64,000 bases of DNA from the IMG/VR virus record IMGVR_UViG_3300001460_000004, positions 166,037-230,036 of that record; one strand, 5' to 3'. Made by a program: the position numbers and the translations under genes. Every line of letters begins with the position of its first letter. Position 1 is the stretch's first letter. The notes under the pieces were generated by a model. It had not been told where the DNA came from. It was given only the letters and a program-made list of their open reading frames with translations, and searched no databases. This document shows positions 1 through 8,867 of this stretch, piece after piece.

Positions 1-4
1 GCAA

Positions 5-901
5 ATGGATTATAAACGTTGGCAATCGGTGTTAGACTCTCGTGACTTAATCAAAAAAGAATTTATAACTAGTAGTATTGCATTTGGAAATACATGCAAT
101 CTTAAATGTATTACATGCAGCAGCTGGGCTAGTAGTCGGTGGCACAAAGAATATAAAGACTTAACTGGTATGGATATTAAACCAGTACACTTTCGTAAAA
201 ATAAATTTGTAGAAGAGTTTGTTAAATGGGCACCTGATATGTTGCACATTGACATTCCAGGCGGTGAACCATTTTTAAGTGGTGTACCAGCACAACATCA
301 ATTATTAGACTACTATATTACAACAGGCAAAGCTCAACACATGACATTGCACTATACAACAAATGTTACAATTTGGCCTAATGACGAATGGTGGACTAGA
401 TGGCAACATTTTAAAAACGTAGAAATACAATTGAGTTTGGATGGTATTGATCAACAGTTTGAATACATTAGACATCCGGCAAACTGGAATACAGTATTAC
501 AACACATCAAACAATACCAAACCAAACAGATAAAATACATTAACGTTGAGCTAAGTGTTGCCCACACTGTAAGTGCATACAATGTTTATTACCTTGACAA
601 GTTTTATGCATGGTGCGAAAGCGTTGGGTTACCAAAACCTTGGTGCGGCAGAGTACATGATCCAAATGAAATGCGTCCAACTGTTTGGCATGGTAAAGCC
701 AAGCAAGCTATAATAAAAAGATTATATAAAAGTAAATTTATTGATGTAAGGAAATGGGCTCAACTGATGTTAGAAAATGATGACAGTGAGCATTATGATG
801 CATTTGTAAAACGTACGGCATGGCATGACCAATACCGCGGCACAAACTTTTCAAAAATTTTTCCTGAAATGTCTGAATATCTGTTGACACATGCGTCCTA
901 A
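5..901 (+). CDS. Radical SAM protein (twitch/SPASM-associated phage type); probably 5'-truncated by the window edge
   Basis: CNLKCITC (CxxxCxxC) cluster motif and GGEPF motif; the frame is open to the window edge. Confidence 0.85.
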   Translation: MDYKRWQSVLDSRDLIKKEFITSSIAFGNTCNLKCITCSSWASSRWHKEYKDLTGMDIKPVHFRKNKFVEEFVKWAPDMLHIDIPGGEPFLSGVPAQHQLLDYYITTGKAQHMTLHYTTNVTIWPNDEWWTRWQHFKNVEIQLSLDGIDQQFEYIRHPANWNTVLQHIKQYQTKQIKYINVELSVAHTVSAYNVYYLDKFYAWCESVGLPKPWCGRVHDPNEMRPTVWHGKAKQAIIKRLYKSKFIDVRKWAQLMLENDDSEHYDAFVKRTAWHDQYRGTNFSKIFPEMSEYLLTHAS

Positions 902-912
902 TAACGTATAAT
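884..912 (+). promoter_or_regulatory. Consensus sigma70 promoter; the ATG at 919 lies 6 nt after the -10 box (leaderless)
   Basis: TTGACA (884-889), 17-nt spacer, TATAAT (907-912); no SD before the ATG. Confidence 0.8.
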
Positions 913-918
913 AATTAT

Positions 919-1701
919 ATGTCAAAAAAAGTATTAGTAACTGGCTGTAGTATGACCCGAGGGCATGGATTACGCAATGAACAAGACGATAAATGTCTAT
1001 GGGTCAATGCATTGTTACCTAACTGTATAATTAACAATTATGCAGTTGATGGTGCAAACAACTATAGTATTTTTATGCAAACTCTTGCACACTTACGACA
1101 AAACTATTATGATGTAGTATTAGTTGGCTGGAGTGCAATACCTCGTTGGTGTTTTAATGTTGGACTTGAATTGTATCAAACACACACTGTACTTAGAGAT
1201 GACGGACACAGTATAAACACAAACGACGGTGGACATTTTACTAGCAAATGGTTAGGCGAAACTGGTGACCGACTACGTAAAATACAAAACGATCACTGGG
1301 ATCTATTAGACTTAGTTGCATTTGTGAATGTAATACGTGACATTCAAGTTACAATGAGAGGTGGTAAACTTGTATTTGTTAACACCCTTGGGCCATGGCC
1401 CAGTGAATACTTTGAAAGAAAAAACATTTCATTACCAGACGAACTAGACGAATTTGAAAAAGTCATGTATAATATAAACAATAGAGATGATGAAGAAATA
1501 TTAACCTTGTACAATAAAGTTCACGACGACTACAAATACAATGGCGGAATTCGTAGTGAATTGTGGTTGAACTTGTACAACAGTTTAGCATCTCTACAAC
1601 AAGACACGGTAAGTGCAGAAGATTTACATCCTGGGTATGCTAGCCAAGCACATTATACTGATGCTTTTAAAAATAAAATTGATCGGATGATTGCAGAATG
1701 A
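919..1701 (+). CDS. SGNH/GDSL-like hydrolase or acyltransferase
   Basis: VTGCSMT block I, NYAVDGANN block II, C-terminal DLHP. Confidence 0.6.
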   Translation: MSKKVLVTGCSMTRGHGLRNEQDDKCLWVNALLPNCIINNYAVDGANNYSIFMQTLAHLRQNYYDVVLVGWSAIPRWCFNVGLELYQTHTVLRDDGHSINTNDGGHFTSKWLGETGDRLRKIQNDHWDLLDLVAFVNVIRDIQVTMRGGKLVFVNTLGPWPSEYFERKNISLPDELDEFEKVMYNINNRDDEEILTLYNKVHDDYKYNGGIRSELWLNLYNSLASLQQDTVSAEDLHPGYASQAHYTDAFKNKIDRMIAE

Positions 1702-3164
1702 AACAAGCAACTCTCATAGTACGAGACGAAGTTAATATTAAATTTGAAGGCTTAGATTTAGATACTCGCAAAAAACTGCATGCTAAATTTAAATTTCCTG
1801 TACCTTATGCAAGATATTTACCAGCAGTTAAACTTGGACGATGGGATGGCAAGATTGCATTTTTTCAAATGGGAGGTAGTAGCTATGTAAACTTATTGCC
1901 ACAAATACTTCCGATGGTAGTTGACGAAGGATATGACATAGAATTAAGTGACCTGCGTGAATATACAACCACATTTGATTTTGACAAAGTAACGAGTAAT
2001 TCATTTGCACATATCAAATGGCCAGAAAAACATCCAGCTGCTGGCGAAAGTATAACATTACGTGATTATCAAGTTGAAATAGTTAATAAGTTTTTAGAAA
2101 ACCCACAATGTTTACAGGAAATTGCAACCGGCGCAGGTAAAACTATTATGACTGCGGCACTGAGTCAACGCATTGAATCATATGGACGTAGTATTGTTAT
2201 TGTTCCCAATAAAAGTTTAGTAACACAAACTGAAAAAGATTACATCAACATGGGATTGGATGTGGGTGTATTTTTTGGTGACAGAAAAGAATTTGGTAAA
2301 ACACATACAATTTGTACTTGGCAAAGTTTGAATATACTGTTAAAGAATACAAAAAGTTTTGAAGCCGAAGTTACAATACAAGATTTTTTAGAAGATGTTG
2401 TTTGTGTTATAGTTGATGAAGTACATATGGCTAAAGCAGACGCACTAAAAACACTATTAACTGGTGTAATGAGTCAAATACCTATACGTTGGGGATTAAC
2501 AGGAACAATACCCAAGGAAGCATTTGAATTTGAAGCATTACATGTAAGTATAGGCCCAGTTGAAAGTCAACTGAGTGCTAGTGAATTACAAGAGAGAGGT
2601 GTATTGGCAAATTGCCATGTGAATATTGTACAATTAATTGACCAGGTAGAATATAATAATTATCAAAGTGAATTAAAATACTTATTGGAAGAAACAGGTA
2701 GACTGGATACTATAAGCGAACTTGTTAGTCGAGTTAACTTAACTGGAAATACATTAGTATTAGTTGATAGAATTAGTGCAGGCACAGCATTACAACAAAG
2801 ATTGCCTGACAGTGTTTTTATTAGTGGTGGTACTAAATCAGGTGAAAGGCAAGATGAGTATGATGAAGTGGCTACTGCCCAAGGTAAAATTATTATTGCC
2901 ACTTATGGGGTGGCTGCTGTGGGGATTAATATTCCCCGTATCTTTAATTTGGTTTTGTTGGAACCTGGAAAAAGTTTTGTTCGAGTTATCCAAAGTATCG
3001 GGCGTGGGATAAGAAAAGCAGAGGACAAAGATCATGTGCAAATATGGGATATCACTAGTACATGTAAATACGCCAAACGACATTTAACAAAAAGAAAAAC
3101 ATTTTACAAAGAGGCAAATTATCCCTTTAGTATTGAAAAATTAGATTGGATGAAAATTAAATGA
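1698..3164 (+). CDS. uvsW: UvsW-like SF2 DNA helicase
   Basis: LRDYQ, ATGAGKT Walker A, DEVH, TGT, QSIGRGIR motif VI; 488 aa. Confidence 0.9.
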   Translation: MKQATLIVRDEVNIKFEGLDLDTRKKLHAKFKFPVPYARYLPAVKLGRWDGKIAFFQMGGSSYVNLLPQILPMVVDEGYDIELSDLREYTTTFDFDKVTSNSFAHIKWPEKHPAAGESITLRDYQVEIVNKFLENPQCLQEIATGAGKTIMTAALSQRIESYGRSIVIVPNKSLVTQTEKDYINMGLDVGVFFGDRKEFGKTHTICTWQSLNILLKNTKSFEAEVTIQDFLEDVVCVIVDEVHMAKADALKTLLTGVMSQIPIRWGLTGTIPKEAFEFEALHVSIGPVESQLSASELQERGVLANCHVNIVQLIDQVEYNNYQSELKYLLEETGRLDTISELVSRVNLTGNTLVLVDRISAGTALQQRLPDSVFISGGTKSGERQDEYDEVATAQGKIIIATYGVAAVGINIPRIFNLVLLEPGKSFVRVIQSIGRGIRKAEDKDHVQIWDITSTCKYAKRHLTKRKTFYKEANYPFSIEKLDWMKIK

Positions 3165-3177
3165 TAAGAGACTTAAA

Positions 3178-3681
3178 ATGAAAATACTACAACTTGATAC
3201 AAATAGATCATACAACTTAGAAACACTGCCAGATGAAATTGGTGATTTACGTTTTGCAATATTTGACAATAGTGATCCTACTAATCCAGATTATTTCTTT
3301 ATACCTTTAATTTACTTAGAGTCTTTTAGTAGCCCTGCATTGGTGTTACGCATTGGAGAACATACAGTAAAAATGCCAATGGATTGGCAACTTTTAATTG
3401 GTGAACATGATACTGGAGATCTTGAAGTATTGCCATTGACCAGTTTAAACGATCGAGGATTTAGTGCATTTAAATTTAATCCATTAACTGATTTTCGACC
3501 CGAGTTTTACCCTGTAGAAGTAATTGATGTCTATCAAGATGTTACATGGTATGCGCCTAAACTTAAAAACGGACAATTACTTTGTGTGCCACTTAGTGAC
3601 GACCCAAAGCCAGAATGTGTATACTTTGTTAAGGATGTAAACCGCAACAGTGAAATTGTTGATTATAACAAGGCTTGGTAA
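3178..3681 (+). CDS. Conserved phage hypothetical protein
   Basis: 167-aa ORF directly after the helicase, normal codon pattern. Confidence 0.7.
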   Translation: MKILQLDTNRSYNLETLPDEIGDLRFAIFDNSDPTNPDYFFIPLIYLESFSSPALVLRIGEHTVKMPMDWQLLIGEHDTGDLEVLPLTSLNDRGFSAFKFNPLTDFRPEFYPVEVIDVYQDVTWYAPKLKNGQLLCVPLSDDPKPECVYFVKDVNRNSEIVDYNKAW

Positions 3682-4005
3682 ATGGGAAAATATTTAATTG
3701 TCTTTGTGACACTGTTTGTTGGTGCTTGCAGTAATTTACCTCAACCGCCTATAAGTTTTAATAAAAAAACAGTTATTATACCAAGAATCACTCCAGTTAA
3801 ATTAAGAGAGGTTGACTGGATGACAATAAGCATGTATAATATAGATGAAACAATTACAACCCTGCAATCTAAAGGACAGCCTGCTACAGTGTTTGGTCTC
3901 AGCGGTCAAGACTATGAGGACATAAGCGTAAACTTTGAAGCAATGCGGGACTATATAAAAGCACAACAACGTATTATTGATGCATATGAGGAATATCTCA
4001 AGTGA
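3682..4005 (+). CDS. Lipoprotein (candidate outer-membrane spanin)
   Basis: Signal peptide with lipobox LFVGAC, Pro-rich linker, C-terminal amphipathic helix. Confidence 0.55.
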   Translation: MGKYLIVFVTLFVGACSNLPQPPISFNKKTVIIPRITPVKLREVDWMTISMYNIDETITTLQSKGQPATVFGLSGQDYEDISVNFEAMRDYIKAQQRIIDAYEEYLK

Positions 4006-4457
4006 GTGAAAAACTAAACATAGCAAATGAAATGCGATGTGTGGATCAAAAAGATCGAGCCTTCTATGACAGTTTGACTGACGAAGAAAGAAAAAAGTTT
4101 TCAAACTTTCTTATGATACGGTGGAGTAGTTGTGTTAGCGGTGGTCGAGAAATGCAAGAGTACTATGTACAAAGTTGCAATCATTTTTTAAACAAACATT
4201 TTTTTACTATTAACAAACATCCTAAACTACAATGGTTATGTGCTACAGCTATTAGTCCAGGAATGGGAACGCATCGACACAATTGGATAAGCCCTAAAAA
4301 GAAAAATAAAGGAACTGATGCAAAGGTTCGCAAAATACTTTTACAAGAATTTCCTAATACAAAGTCTGATGACTTAGATGTACTATTAAAAATAAACAAT
4401 TTAAAAGATGTACGAGCGTTTTTAAAAGAACGAGGGCATGATTCTAAAAGTCAGTAA
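4002..4457 (+). CDS. Probable clamp-loader small subunit (gp62-like)
   Basis: Size, replication-gene context and FSxFLMxRW...HxWIxPKK pattern; recognition from memory only. Confidence 0.5.
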   Translation: MSEKLNIANEMRCVDQKDRAFYDSLTDEERKKFSNFLMIRWSSCVSGGREMQEYYVQSCNHFLNKHFFTINKHPKLQWLCATAISPGMGTHRHNWISPKKKNKGTDAKVRKILLQEFPNTKSDDLDVLLKINNLKDVRAFLKERGHDSKSQ

Positions 4458-5184
4458 TATTGTATTCAAACCCTTTATTACGTATGCGTTCTAATACAGT
4501 ATCAAATACAGTACCATCATCCCCAATAGATATTAGTATTACATTAGGAGATTGGTAAGTTAATCCGGTTAAACGCCCGTCCTTTAAGGCACAATTTATT
4601 AATTGATGATCATGTGGACCAAACCAAAATTGATTTTGTATTTCTTCTTCAGAATTGGCTATTATCTCTAACCGTTTTCCACTAGTTGCATGTGGTAAAA
4701 GTGATCGGCAGTGCAAGTGTATCCGACTTTCAGTTCCATAATTTTGTGCAGTATGTGTTAAGCCAGTGTCCATTAAACTCCAAACACCGTTAACAGGCAT
4801 ATGGTGTATAGTTTGATTATCAAAGTCCATCATAACAGCTAGTGGATTTGTAGTAATAGCTAAGTGATACCGATCATCTTGATCACTGTGGGCACCGTAA
4901 TACCTACGTGGATCTAGTTTTCTTAAATAGGCACCACCAACTGGTCCTAATAAATTTAATGCATCTCCAACAGGAGTATTTTCAAATTCTGGTAACAACA
5001 CATATGGATCGTTTACATTTAAATTGGCTCCTGGTTTGACAACTGCATCGCTACCATCTGGGGCAGTGTTTACTTTGTATGCCCATCCATTGTCTTTACC
5101 ATTTGCCCATGGCATATTTAACACTTGCTCTATGAGCAAAGCTGTGTTAATATTAGCTAAGTGTGTTAGAGGTGTGAGTAGCAT
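4444..5184 (-). CDS. Asp/Asn beta-hydroxylase-like 2OG-Fe(II) oxygenase
   Basis: HSD...H facial triad (GAHSDQD...THTAQN) and R-I-H-L; start moved to ATG 5184, which has TAAGTA 5 nt upstream. Confidence 0.65.
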   Translation of the reverse strand: MLLTPLTHLANINTALLIEQVLNMPWANGKDNGWAYKVNTAPDGSDAVVKPGANLNVNDPYVLLPEFENTPVGDALNLLGPVGGAYLRKLDPRRYYGAHSDQDDRYHLAITTNPLAVMMDFDNQTIHHMPVNGVWSLMDTGLTHTAQNYGTESRIHLHCRSLLPHATSGKRLEIIANSEEEIQNQFWFGPHDHQLINCALKDGRLTGLTYQSPNVILISIGDDGTVFDTVLERIRNKGFEYNITDF

Positions 5185-5189
5185 GTTAG

Positions 5190-5195
5190 TACTTA
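5190..5195 (-). promoter_or_regulatory. Late-promoter variant TAAGTA, 5 nt before ATG 5184
   Basis: Same geometry as the six exact TAAATA-N5-ATG cases. Confidence 0.5.
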
Positions 5196-5202
5196 TTAAG
5201 AA

Positions 5203-5877
5203 ATGAAATACAAGTGTAAATATTGCAAAAAAGAATTTCAAAGGGAGAATACTCTTGCAGTGCATGTGTGCGAAAAGAAACGTAGATATTTAAATCGTAA
5301 CGAACCTGGGGTATTAATTGGCTACAAGGCATATCTACGTTTCTATGAAATAACACAGGGCAGTAAAAAAACAAAAACATATGAAGAATTTAGTAACACT
5401 GCATATTACAGAGCATTTGTAAAGTTTGGTTATTCTTGCAGAGACATTAGATGTGTTAACATTGTACAGTTTACAGAATGGCTAATCAAACATAATAAAA
5501 AATTAGACAATTGGTGCAGTGACCGATTGTATACTGAATTTCTTGAGGTGTACTTAACAGTAGAAAGTGTAAACGATGCACTCACTCGAGCAATTGAAGA
5601 AAGCATACGCTGGAATGAAAAAACTGGTAATCCAACACATGATTATTTGCGTTATGGAAATATAAATGAATTGTGTTATGCAGTTACAACAGGTAGAATA
5701 AGTGGATGGGTGTTGTATAACTGTAATAGCGGCCAGGAGTTGTTGACTAAGTTAAATAAAGAACAAATTGAAATGCTTTGGCCATGGATTACTAGTGATA
5801 TTTGGGCTAAAAAGTTTAAAGAGTATCCAGAAGATATGAAATATGCAAAACACATACTTAAAACAGCAGGTTGGTAA
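5203..5877 (+). CDS. Conserved phage protein with an N-terminal C2H2/C2HC-like zinc finger
   Basis: YKCKYCKKEF...LAVHVC. Confidence 0.7.
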   Translation: MKYKCKYCKKEFQRENTLAVHVCEKKRRYLNRNEPGVLIGYKAYLRFYEITQGSKKTKTYEEFSNTAYYRAFVKFGYSCRDIRCVNIVQFTEWLIKHNKKLDNWCSDRLYTEFLEVYLTVESVNDALTRAIEESIRWNEKTGNPTHDYLRYGNINELCYAVTTGRISGWVLYNCNSGQELLTKLNKEQIEMLWPWITSDIWAKKFKEYPEDMKYAKHILKTAGW

Positions 5878-6863
5878 TGATACTAATTGATTTTCCAGGT
5901 GGTGCACACGGCAACTATGTTGAATACATTTGCAATAGATTTCTAGCCGGAGTAAAAACCAATCCTAGTCCTTTTAAAAGCAGTGGTGTGAGTCATGCCA
6001 AAGAATACTATAGTCCAATTAAATTTGAGGCTAAACATTATTTTCAATTTGAACCCAAAAGTGTGCTAGGTAGTACCCTAATTTCAATACAAGTAAAACA
6101 GCAACATTTGATGCAATTAATAGCGATCAATTTTTTACGTGCAGGCGAAGGAAATATTGATGTAAGAAAATTAGAAGATACACTGTATGATAGGTTAAAA
6201 GTTACCAACACTGGAATGATTGATAGCATACGCAAGAATTATATCAACCAAAGTATACTTGGATACAAAGATATCAAGGATCCTAAGTGGCCCAATTGTG
6301 ATAGTATAGAAGAATATCATCAATTACCACAGTACATTAAAAAAGAATTAACTGAACTACACAACTTTGAATTTTGGGAGTTTGATGAAAACAACCCTTA
6401 TTGTCCACGATGGATAATGAGAGATTATTTTTATCAAGGATTTATGGCCGAAGAAAACAGCGGTTTTTGGCAGTTTTGTTTAACACAAGAACGTGTGCGT
6501 CAAACAGCCCAACAAAGTTTGAGCATTGATTTTATGGATTTGTATAATATAGATAGTTTCACAAATATTGTACAGCAAATTGCTAACTTTACTGGGTATA
6601 CATTTGAAGAGACACAAGAGTTTAGAAACATACATCAAACATTTTTAAATAACCAACCTTTTAAAAACAGCTACAATTTTTGTAGTATGTTAATTACCGA
6701 TATTATTAATAACCAAATTGATAAATTACCAGAACTTGATGTCTTGCAAGAAGGTTATATCTGTGCTAAACTATGTAAACATTATGACACCACTGTAGAT
6801 TTAAGCGATGCCAGAGACTGGTTTAAAACATCAATATTACTTAAAGGATTTGTAAATGATTAA
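5871..6863 (+). CDS. Hypothetical protein (possible sulfotransferase/P-loop-like fold) with an inserted DPxWPxC module
   Basis: 330-aa ORF; 34-aa segment shared with the protein at 11938. Confidence 0.6.
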   Translation: MVMILIDFPGGAHGNYVEYICNRFLAGVKTNPSPFKSSGVSHAKEYYSPIKFEAKHYFQFEPKSVLGSTLISIQVKQQHLMQLIAINFLRAGEGNIDVRKLEDTLYDRLKVTNTGMIDSIRKNYINQSILGYKDIKDPKWPNCDSIEEYHQLPQYIKKELTELHNFEFWEFDENNPYCPRWIMRDYFYQGFMAEENSGFWQFCLTQERVRQTAQQSLSIDFMDLYNIDSFTNIVQQIANFTGYTFEETQEFRNIHQTFLNNQPFKNSYNFCSMLITDIINNQIDKLPELDVLQEGYICAKLCKHYDTTVDLSDARDWFKTSILLKGFVND

Positions 6864-7137
6864 GCCAGTGATACAGTTTTTTAAAGAAAGCTATAGGCTT
6901 TCACCGCTTGCATATTATTGCGAATTAGCAGAAACTATATTATTAGTTTCTGCAAGTGCAATTCTTACATTAACAGTACTGGATCCTGCAACAAAGATTT
7001 TTATTCCGTTGTACCTGGCAGGCAGTATACTTGGAGTAGTTAGCACAGTAATTCGCAAAGCAGGCTTTGCTATTGTATTGTGTGGGTGGTTTGTTGTAAT
7101 GAATAGTATTGCAATGGTACAACTTTTTATACTATAG
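6856..7137 (+). CDS. Small membrane protein (3 predicted TM helices)
   Basis: Three hydrophobic stretches in 93 aa. Confidence 0.65.
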   Translation: MIKPVIQFFKESYRLSPLAYYCELAETILLVSASAILTLTVLDPATKIFIPLYLAGSILGVVSTVIRKAGFAIVLCGWFVVMNSIAMVQLFIL

Positions 7138-7144
7138 GTGAATA

Positions 7145-7708
7145 ATGGATATTGATATTGACTTTGCAGATCGTAAACATGTTTTAGATAGTCTAAAACA
7201 TGTGCCAGCAAGAATGGACACTGTAAAAGGAGTGCGTAATCACAATAGTGGTGTGTACTTTACTGAAATTCCATATGATAGTAAACATCAATGTGCTAGT
7301 ATTGATTATGAAACTGCCGAAGAACGTGGGTATTTTAAAATTGATTTTTTAAATATGCATGTATACAATTTAATTAAAGATACTAATCATTACACAGCAA
7401 TGCAAAACGCACAAGTACCGTGGGAACGATTATGGGAAGATGTTGAATTTGCTCAACTGTTGGTTCATGTTGGTAATCATACCAACTTGTTGCAATCAAT
7501 GCGTCCGGACAGTATAACTAGAATGGCTGCATTTATAAGTGTAATACGCCCTGGTAAAGCACATTTACAAAATAAACCCTGGGATCAAGTCTTTGACAGT
7601 GTATTTGACGGTGACAACAGCAAAGGGTTTATCTTTAAAAAGAGTCATGCAATCAGTTATGCAGCTTTGGTAGCATTGCATATGAATTTAATCCACTTTG
7701 CGGACTAG
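7145..7708 (+). CDS. Miniature DNA polymerase III alpha (DnaE, family C)-like protein
   Basis: DIDIDF, HNSGVY, GYFKIDFL, IRPG and FKKSHAISYA occur in the same order as DnaE palm/finger motifs. Confidence 0.8.
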   Translation: MDIDIDFADRKHVLDSLKHVPARMDTVKGVRNHNSGVYFTEIPYDSKHQCASIDYETAEERGYFKIDFLNMHVYNLIKDTNHYTAMQNAQVPWERLWEDVEFAQLLVHVGNHTNLLQSMRPDSITRMAAFISVIRPGKAHLQNKPWDQVFDSVFDGDNSKGFIFKKSHAISYAALVALHMNLIHFAD

Positions 7709-8065
7709 CATAATACTACGGCGCCTACCTTTGTTACGTTGTATATTCTTTAAACTACACACAGGACCATGAATTATTTGTAGATGTTTGTTGCTAAAAG
7801 TTTTTAAACAAAACTTAAATGGTTCCCAATCCTTCTTTAAAAACAAGTTTATTGGTATACTTCGATTGCTCTCCCACCACCATTGATGTGCTAATTCTAA
7901 GTATTCTTCCTTGAGTCCTCTTTCGATTACATCACCAAAGTCATATATGCTTGTTAGCGTATCGCCTCGATTTTGTATTACGCCTATGTGTTCATTTCCC
8001 ACATAGTCGACAAGGCTCAAGAAGGGGTAATTTTGGTTTAGTTTGTTAAAGACATTGTTTACCAT
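7688..8065 (-). CDS. Conserved phage hypothetical protein
   Basis: 125-aa ORF filling the gap between convergent and divergent genes. Confidence 0.7.
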   Translation of the reverse strand: MVNNVFNKLNQNYPFLSLVDYVGNEHIGVIQNRGDTLTSIYDFGDVIERGLKEEYLELAHQWWWESNRSIPINLFLKKDWEPFKFCLKTFSNKHLQIIHGPVCSLKNIQRNKGRRRSIMLVRKVD

Positions 8066-8070
8066 AAATA
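8065..8070 (+). promoter_or_regulatory. T4-type late promoter TAAATA followed by SD AAGGAG
   Basis: Lies upstream of structural-type gene 8088. Confidence 0.55.
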
Positions 8071-8087
8071 TTATAAGGAGTTCCTAG

Positions 8088-8867
8088 ATGTATGCAGCTA
8101 CAGTATATTTATACCAACAAATTCAGAAGGTCTTACTTGTGGACAACTCTGATGGAAGTTACTTTGACCGGAGGTGGAGTGAAGTGTATTCAAAAAAATT
8201 AAAATTAAATTTAGGAGTCGATAATGTTATTTTGTTTGCATTTGAAAATCAAGATCAAAAACCAGTAAACATTTCAGGCAGTACATTCACATTTCGTCTC
8301 ATAAGCCAAAATGGTGAACAGTTACTATTAGCCAAAGAGTTAGTTAGTCTCAATAATGCCAAAGGACGTGCTAAAGTTACCATTACCAGTGCTGACATAA
8401 ACACATTATTTGAGCAACCTGCTAGTTGGAGTATTGAGCAAGCAAGTGGTAATCTTGAAACCGCAGTATTAGTAGATGCATACAGTGGTGCTCGCGGAGA
8501 CATTGAAGTTAATAACAGTGTGTATCCTGCATTTGTGCCCAGCAAAACATTAACTATTCCTGCACAAGCGCCAGACAGTACAATTTATTATACTAGCACA
8601 GTAACAACAGAAGGTGTAGACCAAACAACATTTGTAGTAACTCCTAATGGATTCACAGGAGAGATAAGAGTTAATGGTGCAGTTGATACTAGCGGTGATT
8701 GGTATGATATTACTTTTGTAGACTTTTCAACACAAGCAACTGTTGACGAAGTGCAACTTGTCAATAGCAGTGATTTAATTGGACTCAACGTCCCAGGATA
8801 TCATCCCTATTTGCGTTTAGAATTTGTTATAAGTGCAGGAAGCATTAGCAACATACTTTATCGATAA
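8088..8867 (+). CDS. Putative virion/baseplate protein (BppU-N-like)
   Basis: Beta-rich composition, GVDNVILF...DQKPVNISG pattern, late promoter and SD. Confidence 0.5.
   Translation: MYAATVYLYQQIQKVLLVDNSDGSYFDRRWSEVYSKKLKLNLGVDNVILFAFENQDQKPVNISGSTFTFRLISQNGEQLLLAKELVSLNNAKGRAKVTITSADINTLFEQPASWSIEQASGNLETAVLVDAYSGARGDIEVNNSVYPAFVPSKTLTIPAQAPDSTIYYTSTVTTEGVDQTTFVVTPNGFTGEIRVNGAVDTSGDWYDITFVDFSTQATVDEVQLVNSSDLIGLNVPGYHPYLRLEFVISAGSISNILYR

Noticed and set aside
5185-5265. N-terminal extension of the oxygenase ORF to 5265
   Set aside because: It would overlap the start of the divergent zinc-finger gene; ATG 5184 fits the late-box geometry.
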